Source: Candidatus Latescibacterota bacterium (GTDB lineage Bacteria; Latescibacterota; UBA2968; GCA-2709665). From it: 64,000 nucleotides of DNA. Under the pieces are notes generated by a model. The model searched no databases. It had not been told where the DNA came from and worked only from the letters and a program-made list of their open reading frames with translations. Shown here one piece after another: positions 41,161 to 50,360 of this stretch (position 1 is its first letter; every line of letters begins with the position of its first letter). Made by a program: the position numbers and the translations under genes. Where the stretch lies: positions 2,944,001 to 3,008,000 of the forward strand of contig OZ244937.1 in NCBI GenBank assembly GCA_965222075.1, read 5' to 3'.

Positions 41161-41226
41161 GTAAATCCTGATCCTGACAATTGCACGGTCTCACGCCGAA
41201 GAAACTGCTATTGTGGAGGAAAGAGA

Positions 41227-43924
41227 ATGAGCGAACCACTAAAAGTATTCATCACTTATTCGCATAAGGATACAGACGCAAAGGATAAATTGATAGAGTG
41301 TCTTGCTGTGATGAAACAACAAGGCATCATAGCGATTTGGCACGATAACGAAATCCTCCCAGGTGACGAGTGGCGTGAAGACATTTCCAACAACCTTACC
41401 GGTTCAAACATTCTGCTTTACCTCGTCTCCGCTTCGAGTCTTGCTTCTGAAAACTGCAACAAGGAATTGGGCGAGTCATTAGACTCCAGGATAAGAGTCA
41501 TCCCCATTATCCTTGAGCGTTGCGATTGGCAAAATCATCAACTCAGCGACATCCAGGCTCTGCCTGATGAAGGCATGCCCATTAACGAATGGACGCCTGA
41601 GAGCACGGCCTGGCAAAATGTGGTAGAGGGTATCCGAAAAGTCGTTGACGAAATGCAAGATCAGCCAAAACTCTCATTTGTATAACACAAGAGGAAATAG
41701 AAATACTGACTTATTTGGCACTACAACGGGGTAACTTTCTGATGATGCTGAGGCAAATCGACAGGGCAATGGAAGCCTACTCACGTGCAATTGAGCTTAA
41801 CCCGGAATATGCCACTGCCTATAACAACCGTGGCAATACTTACGGCATCGAAGACGATGTTGACCGGGCTATCGAGGACTACAACAAGGCCATAGACCTG
41901 AACCCGGAATATGCCACTGCCTATAACAACCGCGGCATTGCTTACAGCCACAAAGGTGCGTATGACCGGGCTATCGAGGACTACAACAAGGCCATAGACC
42001 TGAACCCGGAATATGACTTAGCCTATAACAACCGCGGCACTGTTTACCACTTCCAAAAGGAGTATGACCATGCCATCGCAGACTATAGCCAAGCGATAGG
42101 CCTGAACCCGGATTATGCCACTGCCTATAACAACCGCGGCAATGCTTACAGTCACAAAGGCGCGTATGACCGGCCATCGTAGACTATAGCAAGGCGATAG
42201 GCCTGAACCCGGATTATGCCACTGCCTATAACAACCGCGGCAATGCTTATCGCAGAAAAGGCGCGTATGACCGGGCTGTCGAGGACTATAGCAAGGCGAT
42301 AGGCCTGAACCCGGATGATGCTACTGCCTATAACAACCGCGGCAATGCTTACAGCGACAGAGATGAGGTTGAACAGGCCATCGCAGACTATAGCAAGGCG
42401 ATAGAGTTGAACCCGGATGATGCCACTGCCTATAACAATCGCGGTGCTACTTACCGCTGCGAAGGTGTGGTTGACCGTGCTATTGCGGACTACAACAAGG
42501 CGATAGAATTGAACCCGCACTATGCCTTGGCCTATAACAATCGCGGCAATGCTTACAGCGACAAAGGCGCGTATGACCGGGCCATCGCAGACTACAACAA
42601 GGCGATAGACCTGAACCCGGAGTTTGCCTTGGCCTATTGCAATCGCGGCATGTATTGGCTGCGCTTGCAAAATTGGCAAGGAGCCAGATCAGACCTGACA
42701 GTTGCCAAGAGCATGGGCATGGATATTATCGCAGCATTTCGTAACGATTACAAAAATGTTGCGGCATTTGAGCGGAGATATGGTTTTCAGTTACCGGAAG
42801 ATATCACAATAATGCTGACGCAACGGCGACGGAGCCGTTTCCCCAAAACGTCAGAAGATTTGAGACAGCAGGTATCCCTTCTTCAAGACCAATCTTCCAA
42901 GACGGAAGAAGTCTTTAGTGCCGATGACACGTCCTCGCCTGATGTGTTGAACTTACTCACGAAACTTTGCAACGCCGGTACGCCGTTGGCGGAATACGTC
43001 AAGACGCGACCCTATTTCGGCATCAAGGTAGACAGGAACGAAGCGTTTGTCGTGGATAGCACGACGCGGGATAAGCTCATTGCGGAGCACCCTTCATCCG
43101 CTGATATTTTGAAGCCGTTTTTGCACGGGCGGGACATAAGACGCTGGCAGGTAGGTGCACAGGATTTGTGGTTGATCTTTGCCTACCGAGGAATAGAGAT
43201 AAACGGTTATCCCGCCATCCAGAAATACTTGGGGAAATACAGAGGTTCCCTGAGCAAAAGGGGGGGTAAACAGGAATGGTACGAGCTACAAGCGTCCCTC
43301 GACGACTCCGAGCGCTTTACGCAAACGAAGCTTGTCTGTCCAAATCTCTATAACCACCAAACTTTCGCCGTTGAGACGGATGGTTTTTACTGTGGGCATA
43401 CATGCTACCTTATCCCGACCGCAGAAAAGTGGTTATGCGGTGTCCTCAATTCCCGCGTTGTGGAGTGGTTTTATTCACATGAGTCGAACCAATTAACAGG
43501 CAAGGAACTTCGGGCACTCAGTGGCTATATGCAGCAGATCCCGATCCCCAATGTCACGTCAACGCAGAAGGGACTGATCGGCAAAATCGTCGATTATCTC
43601 ATCTATCTCCAGAAACAGCCGACTACAAACAGCAAGGATTTGGCACACGCCCGCGACCACGTAATGCTCAGATATTTTGAGCGGATAATCGACGGACTGG
43701 TTTATGAATTCTATTTGCCCGAGGAACTTCATCAGGGTGGCAAATATTTTTTCAAACCACTGTTGGACGAACAGTTGCCGCAACTTAAAGAGATTCAGGG
43801 TGATAAAATGTCTGCATTCCGGGGCATCTTCGAGCACCTGTATGAAAAAACTCATCCAGTTCGGAAGAACCTCTTCTTTCTCGATAGTTTAAAACCTATC
43901 CGCATCATTGAGGGCAAGCTATGA
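41227..43924 (+). pseudogene. TIR + TPR repeats + TaqI_C-like target recognition domain fusion, with two frameshifts
   Basis: TIR (VFITYSHKD, WHDNEILPG, SENCNKEL); shift near 41680; TPR units; 1-nt loss near 42172; then YFGIK...NEAFVVD...LKPFLHGRDIRRW...EWYELQ...LNSR...IPIP (IIG TRD-like). Confidence 0.8.
41770..42650 (+). repeat. 102-bp TPR-coding tandem repeat (9 units)
   Basis: AACCCG at 41799, 41901, 42003, 42105, 42206, 42308, 42410, 42512, 42614; the single 101-bp interval marks the frameshift. Confidence 0.9.
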
Positions 43925-45339
43925 GAGTTACCAAAATTGAGATTAAAAACTTCAGAGGCTTTTATGGAACCTACCAAATCAACCTGCATCAGGCAGGAAA
44001 AAACCTGCTGGTCTACGGCGAAAATGGAAGCGGAAAATCGTCGCTTTATCTTGCGTTAAAATTCTTCCTTGAATCCGGCGAGGATGCTTCCTACATATTT
44101 GAAAACTATCAGAACATCTTTATCACAGATGACGGCTACATCAAACTACATCTCAGTGCTAACCAACGGTCAAAGGCACGCATCTACGAATGGTCACAGA
44201 GCGTTAAAAAGACGAATGACCGTCTAATTATCGAAGCATCAAAGGCAAAGGGCTTCCTCGACTATAAGGCACTTCTGGAGACGCACTATATCCATCGCGA
44301 AAGCGGTACTGTGAATGTGTTCGATTTGCTGATTAAGAATCTCTTGGCAAACACCGTCAGCGTCCTAACAGGTCGAAGCCTTACCGACGATTGGGCTGAC
44401 ATTCAGCCACCATTTCCACGCCGAGATGCAACCTATAAAATTGCAACCCTTGAAGGACAGATAGAGAATTTCAACCACGAATTAGCAAGCAAATTAGCAG
44501 AACTGCAAACGAAGGCGTCCGAAATCCTCGGCAAATTTGGATACGACGTTGCCCTTGACTTCCAGTTTCAGGGGATTACATACAATCGCGACGAAAAAGC
44601 GCTTGATGGGGAGCAGATTCTATTAACAGTCAAGTTCTTTGACAAAGAGATTCCTGCACACCACCGCTTCCTGAACGAGGCTAAACTGTCGGCGATTGCG
44701 ATTGCTATCTACTTTTCTTCAATTTTGCTCCAGCCAGCCAGCGACCTGAAAATTCTCGCCTTAGATGACGTGCTAATCGGCTTGGACATGTCAAACCGCT
44801 TGCCTGTAATCGACATTATAGAAGAATACTTCTCAGATTATCAGATATTCTTCATGACCTATGATCGCACTTGGTATGAAATTGCCAAGCAACGGACGGC
44901 AGATAGTGAATGGAAATATGCTGAATTCTACTTCTCGAAAACCGACGAATACGAGATTCCGGTCTATATGGAAGATCGCGCGTATCTTGAAAAGGCGAAG
45001 GAGTATTTCGCTGCCAACGACTACAAAGCCTGCGTAATTTACCTTCGCACCGCCTTTGAAGTGGCAATCAAGAAATTCTGCGAGAAGAAGAATCTCCAAG
45101 TCAAGTACCGAGAAAATCCGAAGCGCCTGACAAGCGACGATTTCTGGACGCCAATAAAAAAGGGAAAGGACAGGTGGGGTGTGCCCTTTTTAGAACCGAC
45201 TCTCGTTAAAGAGATTGAACTGTACCGAAGCGTTATCCTAAACCCGCTTAGCCATGCTACCATTGTCACCACCATCAAAAAAGAGATCTCCGAGGCAATA
45301 AAAGCAGTGGGAAAACTTGAGGCGAAATTAAATCAGTAA
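43921..45339 (+). CDS. ABC/SMC-like ATPase with C-terminal HEPN-like domain (RloC/PrrC-like architecture)
   Basis: IEIKNFRG, GENGSGKSS, LNEAKL signature, LDDVLIGLD Walker B, C-terminal LRTAFE...YRSVILNPLSH. Confidence 0.75.
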   Translation: MRVTKIEIKNFRGFYGTYQINLHQAGKNLLVYGENGSGKSSLYLALKFFLESGEDASYIFENYQNIFITDDGYIKLHLSANQRSKARIYEWSQSVKKTNDRLIIEASKAKGFLDYKALLETHYIHRESGTVNVFDLLIKNLLANTVSVLTGRSLTDDWADIQPPFPRRDATYKIATLEGQIENFNHELASKLAELQTKASEILGKFGYDVALDFQFQGITYNRDEKALDGEQILLTVKFFDKEIPAHHRFLNEAKLSAIAIAIYFSSILLQPASDLKILALDDVLIGLDMSNRLPVIDIIEEYFSDYQIFFMTYDRTWYEIAKQRTADSEWKYAEFYFSKTDEYEIPVYMEDRAYLEKAKEYFAANDYKACVIYLRTAFEVAIKKFCEKKNLQVKYRENPKRLTSDDFWTPIKKGKDRWGVPFLEPTLVKEIELYRSVILNPLSHATIVTTIKKEISEAIKAVGKLEAKLNQ

Positions 45340-45340
45340 A

Positions 45341-45378
45341 GAAATTGCTCGAATCGGACGGTCCCCGGCCAAAAGCCG
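45341..45378. repeat. 58-bp palindrome, truncated copy C
   Basis: cagtaaa-gaaattgctcgaatcggacggtccccggccaaaagccg directly after the ATPase stop codon. Confidence 0.85.
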
Positions 45379-45496
45379 CCGATTTAGCCCCGTCCCTGAG
45401 TTTTACGAAAAACAGCCAATATTTTATAAATATTTATATTATAAAGACTTATGTCTTATCAATCGAGAACCTGTCAATTAAAACCTAAAAATTGTG

Positions 45497-45525
45497 TTGA
45501 CTATCAACTCAACTTTCGATATATT
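45497..45525 (+). promoter_or_regulatory. Sigma70-like promoter of the HTH operon
   Basis: TTGACT-17 bp-TATATT with AT-rich upstream DNA. Confidence 0.55.
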
Positions 45526-45575
45526 TAGCTCAGGCTGTTTAACCTCAATCATCAACGCCCTCATAGGAACTGCTC

Positions 45576-45920
45576 ATGCCAACATCATTTGGACAGGCTT
45601 TAAGAGAATTGCGACGATCCAAAAACGTGATCCAGAGAGACCTGGCTGCCCGGGTCGGCGTAGATTTTTCTTACATCAGCAAAGTGGAAAATGATCGCTT
45701 ACCCCCACCATCTGCTGATACCATTGTGAAAATTTGTGAAGCACTTTCCGTTCCAGCCGATCGTTTGCTCTCAATGACAGGCAAAGTACCTACACCGGTC
45801 CGCGAAATGGTAGGTAAAAGCACGGCTGCCCAACAGTTTATGCAACAGGCTCATAGCCTTGATCTCTCAGAAGAAGAGTGGGAAAAACTAACTCAAAACC
45901 TGAAACGATTGCGAAATTGA
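45576..45920 (+). CDS. XRE-family helix-turn-helix regulator
   Basis: FGQALRELR...QRDLAARVGVDFSYISKVEND. Confidence 0.88.
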   Translation: MPTSFGQALRELRRSKNVIQRDLAARVGVDFSYISKVENDRLPPPSADTIVKICEALSVPADRLLSMTGKVPTPVREMVGKSTAAQQFMQQAHSLDLSEEEWEKLTQNLKRLRN

Positions 45921-45960
45921 GCGTTTTGTATGCAGAAGTGTATTTCAGGAAGAAAATCTG

Positions 45961-46413
45961 ATGAGCACACAGTGGCTGGATATTCAGAGCTTCCAACAGA
46001 GTCAGGAACTCCTGTCCGCGACCAACACCCTGTCCATTCACCGTAAATTGACTGCCAGAGGTTATCCCGATACGAATAGAAAAGAAGCCGCAGAACAGGC
46101 GAGAGAGACCCTTGTAGCTTTTTTTCAGAAACTGGATAAAATCGTTCAGAACATCGAAGATGGGCATCGAAAGCCTGTCCTGGGTGTGGATGCCCGGTTG
46201 CGTCATCTGGCGGAAAATTACGTCCATGCAAAACGCGCTCGCGGTCAATCTCGTTCTCCATTTCTCGAACATCCTCTTTCTCAAGTCAGGGATTTGTTCT
46301 ATTCCGAACGCCCCGAAGACCGCCGTGAAGTACTGGCAGTCCTGGCGGCATTTCGCGAACTGCTTGAGGAACATGTCAGTGTTGATGCGAAGCGTTTGCT
46401 GGGAGATATCTGA
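45961..46413 (+). CDS. Hypothetical alpha-helical protein
   Basis: 150-aa ORF co-oriented between the HTH and ATPase genes; no family recognised. Confidence 0.6.
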   Translation: MSTQWLDIQSFQQSQELLSATNTLSIHRKLTARGYPDTNRKEAAEQARETLVAFFQKLDKIVQNIEDGHRKPVLGVDARLRHLAENYVHAKRARGQSRSPFLEHPLSQVRDLFYSERPEDRREVLAVLAAFRELLEEHVSVDAKRLLGDI

Positions 46414-46514
46414 TTGTTTCACATCCTCCGACAAAACTTAATTTGACCTGGCCCATAAGGGATCCAGGAATAGCCAGATACATTGGAAAAACTGTTGCGT
46501 TGAGAGAGGCAAAA

Positions 46515-48023
46515 ATGGTGAGCAAGCAGAGTTCACTTTTTTGGGATGATGGAATTTCGCCGCAATTGGCCGCTGACTTGCGTCGTCTGAATCCATGGTG
46601 GGAGGACGATCCTATGCCTCCACAGCCAAAGACGCGCCGCCACCTGGTCGCACAGATACGCCGTCTTTTGGAGGCAGAGATTGCTCCGATCGTCGTGGTG
46701 CGCGGCCCTCGGCAGGTGGGAAAGACGACCGCGCAGTTTCAAATCATCGCGGACTTGCTTGAAGAAGGCGTACCTTCCACAAACATCCTCCGGGTCCAGT
46801 TCGACGAATTAGCCTCACTGCGAGGGACGAAGGAGCCGATTCTTTCCATCTCCAACTGGTTTGAACGGAAGATAACAGAGGATCGTTTCAACGCGCTGGC
46901 GCGAGACGGCCGGAAGGCTTATCTCTTTTTTGACGAAGTGCAGAACCTCGATGACTGGGACGCGCAACTCAAGTCTCTTGTGGACAACGCCGCGGTAAAG
47001 GCCGTGGTCACGGGAAGTTCCGCACTGAGGATTGAAATGGGCCGGGACAGCCTGGCCGGGCGCGTCAATACGGTCGAAGCGGGTGTGCTTTCGCTGACTG
47101 AAATCGGTGCGTTGCGCGAGTTGGAAACTCTGAAGCCATTCCTGCCGGACAACGGTCTGAGTCACTTGATCGACAAGGGTTTCTGGCAGGAACTGCGTGC
47201 GTACGGACAGGAAAACACGGGATTTCTGAAAGAGGTGTTCGGGCATTTTTCAGAGCGTGGAGGCTATCCGATCGTCCACAAGCTAAGGGATGTCGAATGG
47301 GCTTTGCTTGCGGACCAGTTGAACGAAACTGTGATTAAGCGCGTTATTGAACACGACCTCCGGGTGGGTCGCCGCGGGCGAAAGAGGGATGCCCAACTAC
47401 TTGAGGAGCTTTTCCGCCTGACCTGCCGCTATGCCGGGCAGGCGCCGACAGTTTCGACGCTTGCGGACGAGGTCCGGCAATCACTCGGCGCAAATATTGG
47501 CAGCCAGCGAGTCACTCATTATTTGAAGTTTCTCAGTGAGACGCTTCTGCTTCGGTTGATTCCTCCGCTTGAGATACGTCTCAAAAGAAAGCGAGGAAGT
47601 TCCAAACTTTGTCTGGTCGATCACGGCTTGCGAGCCAGTTGGCTTCAGGAACAGATACCATTAACGCCTGAAGCCCTGGCAGAACACCCTGAACTCACCT
47701 CGTTAGCCGGCCATCTCGCTGAGAGTATTTTCGGCTCGGTTGCTTCGACAATTCACGGCCTGGACATCGCCCATTTCCCCGAACGAGGAATGGATCGTGA
47801 AGTGGATTTCGTTTTGACCATCGGCGCTCAACGCTTGCCGGTGGAAATCAAATATCAACGTAAGATAGATCCCCTGCGGGATACGCTGGGCATTCGGTCA
47901 TTCCTCGAAAAATCAGTCAACAACGCCTCATTTGGCTTGCTGATCACTCAGGACTATTCCGGGGAAGTTGACGACCCCCGAATCGTGAGCCTGCCTCTTT
48001 CAACCTTTATGCTTATCAGATGA
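46515..48023 (+). CDS. AAA_14 ATPase + DUF4143 domain protein
   Basis: NPWW, GPRQVGKTT, FFDEVQ, VTGSS, GGYP, EVDFV...PVEIK. Confidence 0.88.
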   Translation: MVSKQSSLFWDDGISPQLAADLRRLNPWWEDDPMPPQPKTRRHLVAQIRRLLEAEIAPIVVVRGPRQVGKTTAQFQIIADLLEEGVPSTNILRVQFDELASLRGTKEPILSISNWFERKITEDRFNALARDGRKAYLFFDEVQNLDDWDAQLKSLVDNAAVKAVVTGSSALRIEMGRDSLAGRVNTVEAGVLSLTEIGALRELETLKPFLPDNGLSHLIDKGFWQELRAYGQENTGFLKEVFGHFSERGGYPIVHKLRDVEWALLADQLNETVIKRVIEHDLRVGRRGRKRDAQLLEELFRLTCRYAGQAPTVSTLADEVRQSLGANIGSQRVTHYLKFLSETLLLRLIPPLEIRLKRKRGSSKLCLVDHGLRASWLQEQIPLTPEALAEHPELTSLAGHLAESIFGSVASTIHGLDIAHFPERGMDREVDFVLTIGAQRLPVEIKYQRKIDPLRDTLGIRSFLEKSVNNASFGLLITQDYSGEVDDPRIVSLPLSTFMLIR

Positions 48024-48108
48024 TGAATGAAAATCGATCACCTCCATCTCTCAAGATTAACCCCGCTGCCAGAACCACAGGTTTGGCACGAACCGAAAGG
48101 AATGCACA

Positions 48109-49308
48109 ATGAACACCGATCAATCGCCGTCTGCAGCCGCGTCCGAGCCGAACTCCAAATCTTACCGCGCCTCGGCCTTTGCTGACGCCAGGCCCGAGCT
48201 TGCGGCTCCCGGGGCCACGCCAGAACGGTTGGCCCACCTGAAGGAGCATGGGTTCGTCATCGTCACCGACTTTGTCGACAACCCATGGATCCCCATTCTC
48301 CGCGAGGCGGGCCGCCGTGTTACCGAGGCCTGCTCACCCAACCATGGCTACAGCAAGATCGACTGCTCGAAGGGCTACGTACACCGCACGGGAAACGATG
48401 AGCCGTGGGCAATCCGGGGCCTCGTCCACCCCGCTTTCGGGGAGCCCGGTTTTGCCGAGTTCCACGGCTCTCCGGATTTCCTGAGCTTTGTCCACTCCTG
48501 GTGTAACGGGCTGCGGTCGGAGGATATGGTGATGGGTGGCCTGCTGCTGTGGTGCAACCCCCAGCAGAAGGAACATGCCCTCGGTTGGCACCGGGACGTG
48601 ACGTGGTGGGGTACCGGGAAGCCCTATTTCGCGCAGAGGGAGATCCGGGGCGAGGGACCTGAGGCGTACTCCGAGGAGGTCGAGAAAGAACGCTGGAAGG
48701 AAATTCGCGCAAACAACGCGAAGGCGATTGTGGAGCGGAACGGAGTGAGCATGTTCCTGGCGCTGGTCAACGACGAGTGCCACGAGCTCGTACTGGAGAG
48801 CCATGATCGATGGCGTACGCCATTTGAGCATGACGTGCTCCTGCCGAAAGCCATGAAGGACCAGGGCGTTCCGTACACACCCAGCTGGAACGGCGTGGAC
48901 CCGCTGCCAGACCAGGTGGCGATCCGGCTCAAGGCCGGGGAAGCCCTCATCCGCAATGGGGCTACGATCCACACGGGGCACACCGTCCCCGATCGCGAGC
49001 GCAACACATTGTCGATCGGTTGGTCAAAGTGGTCCGGCGCGTTCACCGGGCAACCGTCGGTGGCGGACGTGCGAAGCGCGTGGCAACTCGATCCCGCCGT
49101 GCGAGCAACTTTGCCACACGAGTGGATGAAAACAGCGTGGGACCGATGGGCCGAAACGCAGAAACTGGGGGATACGCTTGAGGACCGGTACGCGGGGTTT
49201 GACATCAGGCATATCAAAGCTGGGGAAGTGTTGGGTTGGCGCGGTGAGTTGGAGCGCCAGGCTGCGGCGGCGGGCGAAGCCTGGAAGCCCTTCCAAACCG
49301 CGGGGTGA
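48109..49308 (+). CDS. Divergent PhyH-like dioxygenase
   Basis: EHGFVIV, GWHRD, IRLKAGEALI...TIHTG, ERNTL. Confidence 0.65.
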   Translation: MNTDQSPSAAASEPNSKSYRASAFADARPELAAPGATPERLAHLKEHGFVIVTDFVDNPWIPILREAGRRVTEACSPNHGYSKIDCSKGYVHRTGNDEPWAIRGLVHPAFGEPGFAEFHGSPDFLSFVHSWCNGLRSEDMVMGGLLLWCNPQQKEHALGWHRDVTWWGTGKPYFAQREIRGEGPEAYSEEVEKERWKEIRANNAKAIVERNGVSMFLALVNDECHELVLESHDRWRTPFEHDVLLPKAMKDQGVPYTPSWNGVDPLPDQVAIRLKAGEALIRNGATIHTGHTVPDRERNTLSIGWSKWSGAFTGQPSVADVRSAWQLDPAVRATLPHEWMKTAWDRWAETQKLGDTLEDRYAGFDIRHIKAGEVLGWRGELERQAAAAGEAWKPFQTAG

Positions 49309-49361
49309 CTGGTTGCGGAGTGGCAAATCCACAGCAGACGATTGAAAGTCAGCTTGCCCTT

Positions 49362-49390
49362 CGGGGGCTGGGGTTATGGGATCAGCCCCC
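49362..49390. terminator. Hairpin between convergent genes
   Basis: gggggctg...cagccccc inverted repeat. Confidence 0.4.
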
Positions 49391-49392
49391 CC

Positions 49393-50223
49393 TCACTCCT
49401 CCGGTATCTCCACAGGCAGATCCAGCCTGTCTCCCCACTCCTTCCACGACCCGATATAGTTGCGCGCCTTCGGATACCCCAAAAGGCGCAGCGCCAGGTA
49501 CGAGTGGGAGGAGCGGTACCCCCCCTGTCAGTAGCAGGCGATCGTCTGCTCCGGCGTCACCCCGGCCCGTTCATACATCTCCCGGAGTTCCCCGGCCGGC
49601 CTGAAAGCCCCCTTCTCATCCAGATTATGCACATACTCGATATGCACCGCTCCCGGAATCGACCCGCCCCTTGCCGCGCGGACGTTTCGGGCGTAGTACT
49701 CATCGTCGCCCCGCGTATCCAGCGCCACAAAATCATCCTGTCCCAGTGAGTCCCGCACCTCTTCAACCCCGATATGGCGTTCGGGCGCCGGCTCGGCCTT
49801 GAACTCCGCACGGTCCGGAACCGGACACGTCGTCGTCACCGGGTACTCCGCCTCCGTCCAGGCGTTCAGCCCCCTGTCCAGTACGTGCACATTCCCGTGT
49901 CCCAGATACTCGCAGATCCAGAACCCCCGTGCTGCGCGTATGCCCGAATCATTCTCGTAAAACACAATCGTCCGGTCCGACCCGATCCCCCGGCTTCCCA
50001 TCAAATACCCGAACATCCACATAAACGCTTCGAACGCCTCCTGTCCCGTATTGTTCAGGCTGATCCCATAGAGATCCAGGTGGATCGCCCCCGGAATATG
50101 CCCCGCCGCGTACTCGTGCGTCGGCCGCGTATCCACAATGCACAGCAACGCGTCACCCAGCCGCGCGTGCAATTCTTCCGGCGCCATCAGCAGCTGCGGA
50201 TTGGCATAGCCTTTATCGCTCAT
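49393..50223 (-). CDS. Tandem-domain rhodanese/sulfurtransferase, probable selenoprotein (UGA at 49528-49530)
   Basis: GHIPGA and GSIPGA; reading through TGA gives [37 protein letters not shown]...EE*, the conserved rhodanese C-terminus. Confidence 0.85.
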
Positions 50224-50360
50224 ACGGTCACCTCCTTAAACAGCCTCCTGGATGGGTTCGTCAAGCGCCTTCCCATCCAGAGTGCAAAAAGGTGTCGGTT
50301 GTGGACTGCGGATTGAGCGTCTTTCATTCCCGCAATCCGCAGTCCGCATTCCTTTGTTCC

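Larger units (their letters stand above)
32343..48023. mobile_element. Putative defence island (no integrase visible)
   Basis: Visible shift in base composition and codon style at ~32340; cluster of helicase/nuclease/ATPase/TIR genes, pseudogenes and repeats; boundaries approximate. Confidence 0.7.

Noticed and set aside
41680-42182. Programmed frameshifting in the TIR-TPR gene
   Set aside because: No slippery heptamer seen; the second shift is a simple one-G loss relative to sister repeats, so mutation or sequencing error is more likely.
41770-42650. 102-bp repeats as a CRISPR array or DGR template/variable repeats
   Set aside because: The period equals one 34-aa TPR unit in coding DNA, and no reverse transcriptase is present.
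38717-45378. Canonical integron attC array
   Set aside because: No RYYYAAC/GTTRRRY ends and no IntI in the window; kept only as an attC-like hypothesis.
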